Of a stretch of 49,670 nt of DNA, positions 46,227 to 49,670 are shown in pieces. The position numbers and the translations under genes are program-made. The stretch's first letter is position 1. Each line of letters opens with the position of its first letter. The stretch is taken from the IMG/VR virus record IMGVR_UViG_3300020733_000023, positions 1-49,670 of that record. The stretch is one strand, 5' to 3'. The notes beneath the pieces were generated by a model. It ran no database searches. It was not told where the DNA came from and saw only the letters and a list, made by a program, of their open reading frames with translations. The stretch comes from a virus. Lineage: Duplodnaviria > Caudoviricetes.

Positions 46227-47438
46227 TTAAAATAAAATACTAAACAATAATGATCTATTCTTAGATACAAGTTCGTCACTTGACACTTGATTTGTAAAAT
46301 ACAATCCTGTCTTGCCTGCTGTAGGTCCACTAGATGATTTTGAATAAATCTTGGTAGTACTGCTAGCTAAACTTGGACTTGTGCTGGTATCATCTAAATT
46401 AAGAACACCATTAATTTCAACGTTAGTATTTACTGCTGTTAAAACGAGATTATGATTTGCTGATGTATCTTGTATTGTATGCTGATAAATGTTAACATTA
46501 TCAACTGTCAATCCAGAATTAGTAATCTGAGCTCTTGCTACTTCGTTAATAAAAAACTGTATGCTATTGCTAGTTGCTGTTGCACGACTATTGATAGTTA
46601 CTGCGTTATTTGGACTGTAGTAGATAGTTGTAACGTCTGCTTGTCCAGGATTTAACGCTGATGATCCTACATAGTTTTGTACAAATAGTTTTGTAACTAG
46701 TGTTTGTGGATTTGTAATTGTAGATTCGTAAGTTGGGGCGTTAACTACTACCACGTGACTACCTGCGTTTTGCATGTCAAATGCTAGGTCACTACCTGCT
46801 GTAGTACCGACTGACGCTGCCACTACACCGGTTAATACTAGATCTTTTGTTCGACCTTCCCATGCACCTAGTGCTGGACGACCTGTAATTGTTGCAGTCA
46901 TTGAACCAGTAGCATTACTTACTGAAAAAACGGCTCCGCCATACTGCGAACTAATTGTAATTTGATTAGCGGCTGCTGTTAAAATAAAATATGTAGTGCT
47001 TGACTGTATTCCGCCAAACACTGCACCGCTAAACACTACTGTTGCTCCAGCTGACAAGGTAGTAATTGAATTTAAAGTTATTAAATTACCTGTACTAGTT
47101 GTTGCTGTTGCAGTCAATGATAATGGTGTAGAATTCCAGTGCGGTAATGTTTCATTAAACAACCATTGCGCTGCACTATAGTTGCCACGCTCTACTTCAA
47201 TACCAGATACATATCCCACTGTACTGCTAATGCCGTTACCTGTTTGTCCTTGATTAAGGATTAGGATATTATCGGCTAAGAGTGTTTGTGTTGACGAAAC
47301 TGTAGTTGTTGCACCTGATACGTTTAAATTACCTATAACCGTAATAGTACCCGATGGAGTTGCATCCAAGGTGATATCACCACCGTTCTGAACTGTTACT
47401 CGATAGTTGCCTTCACTGACTTTAAGTAATCTTGACAT
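46227..47438 (-). CDS. Fibre-like virion structural protein
   Basis: GNL.V.G.TTTV.ST.....DNI..LN.G, SGIEVERG, TK.FV motifs; hydrophobic C-terminus RSLLFSILF. Confidence 0.75.
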   Translation of the reverse strand: MSRLLKVSEGNYRVTVQNGGDITLDATPSGTITVIGNLNVSGATTTVSSTQTLLADNILILNQGQTGNGISSTVGYVSGIEVERGNYSAAQWLFNETLPHWNSTPLSLTATATTSTGNLITLNSITTLSAGATVVFSGAVFGGIQSSTTYFILTAAANQITISSQYGGAVFSVSNATGSMTATITGRPALGAWEGRTKDLVLTGVVAASVGTTAGSDLAFDMQNAGSHVVVVNAPTYESTITNPQTLVTKLFVQNYVGSSALNPGQADVTTIYYSPNNAVTINSRATATSNSIQFFINEVARAQITNSGLTVDNVNIYQHTIQDTSANHNLVLTAVNTNVEINGVLNLDDTSTSPSLASSTTKIYSKSSSGPTAGKTGLYFTNQVSSDELVSKNRSLLFSILF

Positions 47439-47453
47439 TCTGTATCCTTAGTA

Positions 47454-47469
47454 GGGGGCCGGAGCCCCC
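47454..47469 (-). other. GC-rich cUCCGg tetraloop hairpin (RNA stability/processing element)
   Basis: Minus strand GGGGGC-TCCG-GCCCCC in the intergenic gap; no U-tract follows. Confidence 0.6.
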
Positions 47470-47477
47470 ATGCCTAA

Positions 47478-48788
47478 TTAAGCGTTAAGAATCTGAACAG
47501 TATCAGCAGTTGGTGTGCCGAATGTCCATTTATATTGCTTACCAGCTGTAAACACTGTACCGATTTGAGTAGCTGTAACTCCAAATGCTGCTGCTGGTGT
47601 ACTAGCAATAGACACTGGATTTAAAGTACATGTGCGTTCTGTTAATTTTCCAACTAGATATGTACCACCTGACGCATCAACAGCTACAATGTTTAACTCA
47701 ACACCTTGTGCGGCTGTATAACCAAGTGTGCCGTCAGCAGGTGCATCGTAACGAATACGAGCAACGTGAGTACCTGTTAATGATTTTTCTCCGGCAGCAT
47801 TAACTACATAGCGTTTTGAAGATTTTTGTTTTTGGATGTCAACTTCAACTAAATTTCCACCAATGTACGCCCAAGCAAGAATTGCATTTTCACGATTAGC
47901 TAGGCTACCTGGTGTTGCTGAAGTGTTGTCAGCTAATGCTGCGATTGTTGCAGCAGCGCCTCCTGAACTAAATGTAACAGTAAGAGTTTGTGCTGATTCA
48001 TTTACAGCATAACCATCACCTGCTACTGAGAAACTAGCACCGTTAACACCAAATGTTGCTGGAGTAACTGTTAATCCTGTACCGCCTGGAGTTGTAGTTG
48101 TAGTAGTTGCGCTTGGGCTAGCTACTAGTGCTGTGATTGCGCTTTGAGCGTATGTGCCAGTTCCAACGATTGTAACTGTAGCTACTGGACCAGCTTGTGT
48201 ACCAACTAGTACGCTACCGTTTGAACCAACTGCACCTGCACCAAATGTTAGTGCTGTACCAGCAATAGCGTTAGCATAAGAACTAGCAACAGAATATGTT
48301 GTACCAGAACCAGCTACAATCCAATAACGTGTAGCGGCTGTTAGACCGGAACCTGTTAAACTTGCACTTGTCAAGAAATCCATACCTGGAATGTATGCGG
48401 CGCTTGAACCAAATACAACTTGGTTGCTACCGTTTGTACTAGCAATAGTATTGCCAACCGAGGCTTGAATAGTTGTTACTGTAGCTGTAGTACCAGATCC
48501 AAAACTAAATGCTTGACCTGTTTGATATGCTTTAGTACCAGTAGAATTTACTGTTAAAGTTAATACACCAAATAGTGGAGTTCCAACTGCTGTTGTACCG
48601 TTAGCAACTAATGGTGCTGGAAATGTTGTAGTTAATGCAGTAGCTTGTACAGCAGTGTATGAACCGGCATTTGAAACAGTAATATTGGCTAATTCAGCGC
48701 CGCCGATTTCTGAATCATATGCTGTGTAAGTACCCGCTAGACCTACGTTGCGGTTACCAAAATATTTTTTATTAAGAGGACGTCCCAT
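47478..48788 (-). CDS. Virion structural protein immediately downstream of the major capsid gene (possible head-associated protein)
   Basis: MGRPLNKKYFG start, DI.KQ.SS.RY.V and Y.V.KLT motifs, Ala/Thr/Gly-rich inserted modules; strong AAGGAG RBS. Confidence 0.7.
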   Translation of the reverse strand: MGRPLNKKYFGNRNVGLAGTYTAYDSEIGGAELANITVSNAGSYTAVQATALTTTFPAPLVANGTTAVGTPLFGVLTLTVNSTGTKAYQTGQAFSFGSGTTATVTTIQASVGNTIASTNGSNQVVFGSSAAYIPGMDFLTSASLTGSGLTAATRYWIVAGSGTTYSVASSYANAIAGTALTFGAGAVGSNGSVLVGTQAGPVATVTIVGTGTYAQSAITALVASPSATTTTTTPGGTGLTVTPATFGVNGASFSVAGDGYAVNESAQTLTVTFSSGGAAATIAALADNTSATPGSLANRENAILAWAYIGGNLVEVDIQKQKSSKRYVVNAAGEKSLTGTHVARIRYDAPADGTLGYTAAQGVELNIVAVDASGGTYLVGKLTERTCTLNPVSIASTPAAAFGVTATQIGTVFTAGKQYKWTFGTPTADTVQILNA

Positions 48789-48810
48789 TTTGTTTTCTCC
48801 TTATAGAAAC

Positions 48811-48868
48811 ACGGCGTTCTAGGCCGTACGCGGTTGGATTTCCGCATAAAATCCACACCATGTGGATC
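48811..48868 (-). other. Candidate structured 5' leader (three tandem hairpins)
   Basis: ATCCACA-TGG-TGTGGAT, TATGCGG-AAATCCAA-CCGCGTA and ACGGC-CTAGAAC-GCCGT between the late promoter and the RBS. Confidence 0.55.
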
Positions 48869-48876
48869 GTACTATG

Positions 48877-48884
48877 TATTTAGC
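48877..48884 (-). promoter_or_regulatory. T4-like late promoter
   Basis: GCTAAATA on - strand just after the capsid gene terminator. Confidence 0.65.
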
Positions 48885-48892
48885 TGATAATG

Positions 48893-48917
48893 AAAAAGGG
48901 CTCCTAAGAGCCCTTTT
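48893..48917 (-). terminator. Intrinsic terminator after the major capsid gene
   Basis: Minus strand AAAA-GGGCTC-TTAG-GAGCCC-TTTTT. Confidence 0.85.
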
Positions 48918-48941
48918 ACATGTGTCATTATTAAAAACAGA

Positions 48942-49670
48942 TTAACTGAATTTAACGTTTGCAATAGCTACACGACCTAGGTAGTCAGCTGCGTTACCTA
49001 GAGATGAAGCTGTATTTGACAACTCAACATAACCATAACGTGTCATGAATGAAACGACTGGTTCAAATGTTGATGGATCTAAAACAACGCCACTGCTCAT
49101 CAATGGAATGTATGGGCAATAAAACGCTGCTGCATCGCTTTCGCTAGCACCTTTGTAGCCGATCAATACATCAGTTGCATCTGAAGCATATGAGTTAACA
49201 TAAACTTTCATTGCATTGTTTAATGTACCAACAAACTTGGTGTTAGTAGGAGCTTCAAAAGTACCTTCTGTTGTACGAGCAAATGCGCTAGTAGTAGCAG
49301 ATTGTAGAATTGTTAAAGCAAATGGACTTACAACAGCCCAGTTACCTGCGCCACGACGTGTACGTTGTGCAATCAAGTTAGCAACACGGTTGATTTGAAC
49401 TGCTAGAGCAGCATGCTCATCACCAACGAATGTAGCTGTACCTGAAACAGCAGCTTGGTCAAAAGTCTCAATTGAAGAACCAGCTAATGATAGCAATGAT
49501 GCTAAAATTTCTTGGTCGATTTCAGCTGTGATTTCTTGAGCTAAAGCAGCCATTACTTCAGCTTCGATATCAATACCTTGTTGGGCTTGAGCATCTTGTG
49601 CTGATTCAAAAGTCCAGCGAGCTGACAATTTACGTGTCTTAGCTTCAACTGTTTGTTTCAAGATTTGAAT
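48942..49670 (-). CDS. gp23: Major capsid protein, T4 gp23-like, partial (start beyond the right edge)
   Basis: KQTVEAKTRKLSARWT.E.AQD, EI..EIDQEI, IAQRTRRG.GN, GYKG..E.DA..FYCPYIPL, DP.TF.P...FMTRYG; the frame stays open to the window end. Confidence 0.95.
   Translation of the reverse strand: MQILKQTVEAKTRKLSARWTFESAQDAQAQQGIDIEAEVMAALAQEITAEIDQEILASLLSLAGSSIETFDQAAVSGTATFVGDEHAALAVQINRVANLIAQRTRRGAGNWAVVSPFALTILQSATTSAFARTTEGTFEAPTNTKFVGTLNNAMKVYVNSYASDATDVLIGYKGASESDAAAFYCPYIPLMSSGVVLDPSTFEPVVSFMTRYGYVELSNTASSLGNAADYLGRVAIANVKFS

Noticed and set aside
15033-47181. Numerous 60-145 aa ORFs overlapping the fibre genes, mostly antisense
   Set aside because: They are Val/Pro/Leu/Ala-rich shadow frames expected from the Thr/Gly/Asn codon bias of the real genes; no independent signals.
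1-49670. Stop-codon reassignment, tRNAs, CRISPR arrays, introns/inteins, transposases
   Set aside because: Genes tile the window under the standard code with ORFs up to 16 kb, and no such elements were recognisable by eye.

Overview
The window is part of a large T4-like (jumbo-type) myophage genome and covers its virion morphogenesis region. Left end: a partial dNMP kinase, then divergently transcribed neck/head-tail genes (gp13-like on -, gp14-like and gp15-like on +) and a NUDIX hydrolase. Next comes a four-gene enzyme operon with its own sigma70-type promoter (GT9-like glycosyltransferase, two SGNH-like proteins, NodU/CmcH carbamoyltransferase). It converges at a bidirectional terminator with a ~40 kb minus-strand structural block running from the major capsid protein (gp23-like, partial at the right edge) through fibre-like proteins. 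These include two giant paralogs (2661 and 5441 aa), four small adaptor-like paralogs, three very Cys-rich Gly-rich proteins and two tail-fibre-chaperone-like proteins. T4-like late-promoter motifs (TAAATA) punctuate the block. Main observations: (1) a candidate virion-protein decoration system (glycosylation plus acyl/carbamoyl tailoring, possibly on cysteines); (2) a ~1900-aa insertion in the 5441-aa protein built by deeply nested, bracket-like domain insertion; (3) a repeating pattern of a fibre with a hydrophobic C-terminus followed by a small adaptor gene; (4) two structured 5' leaders. All family calls come from motif recognition by eye; no searches or folding were run.
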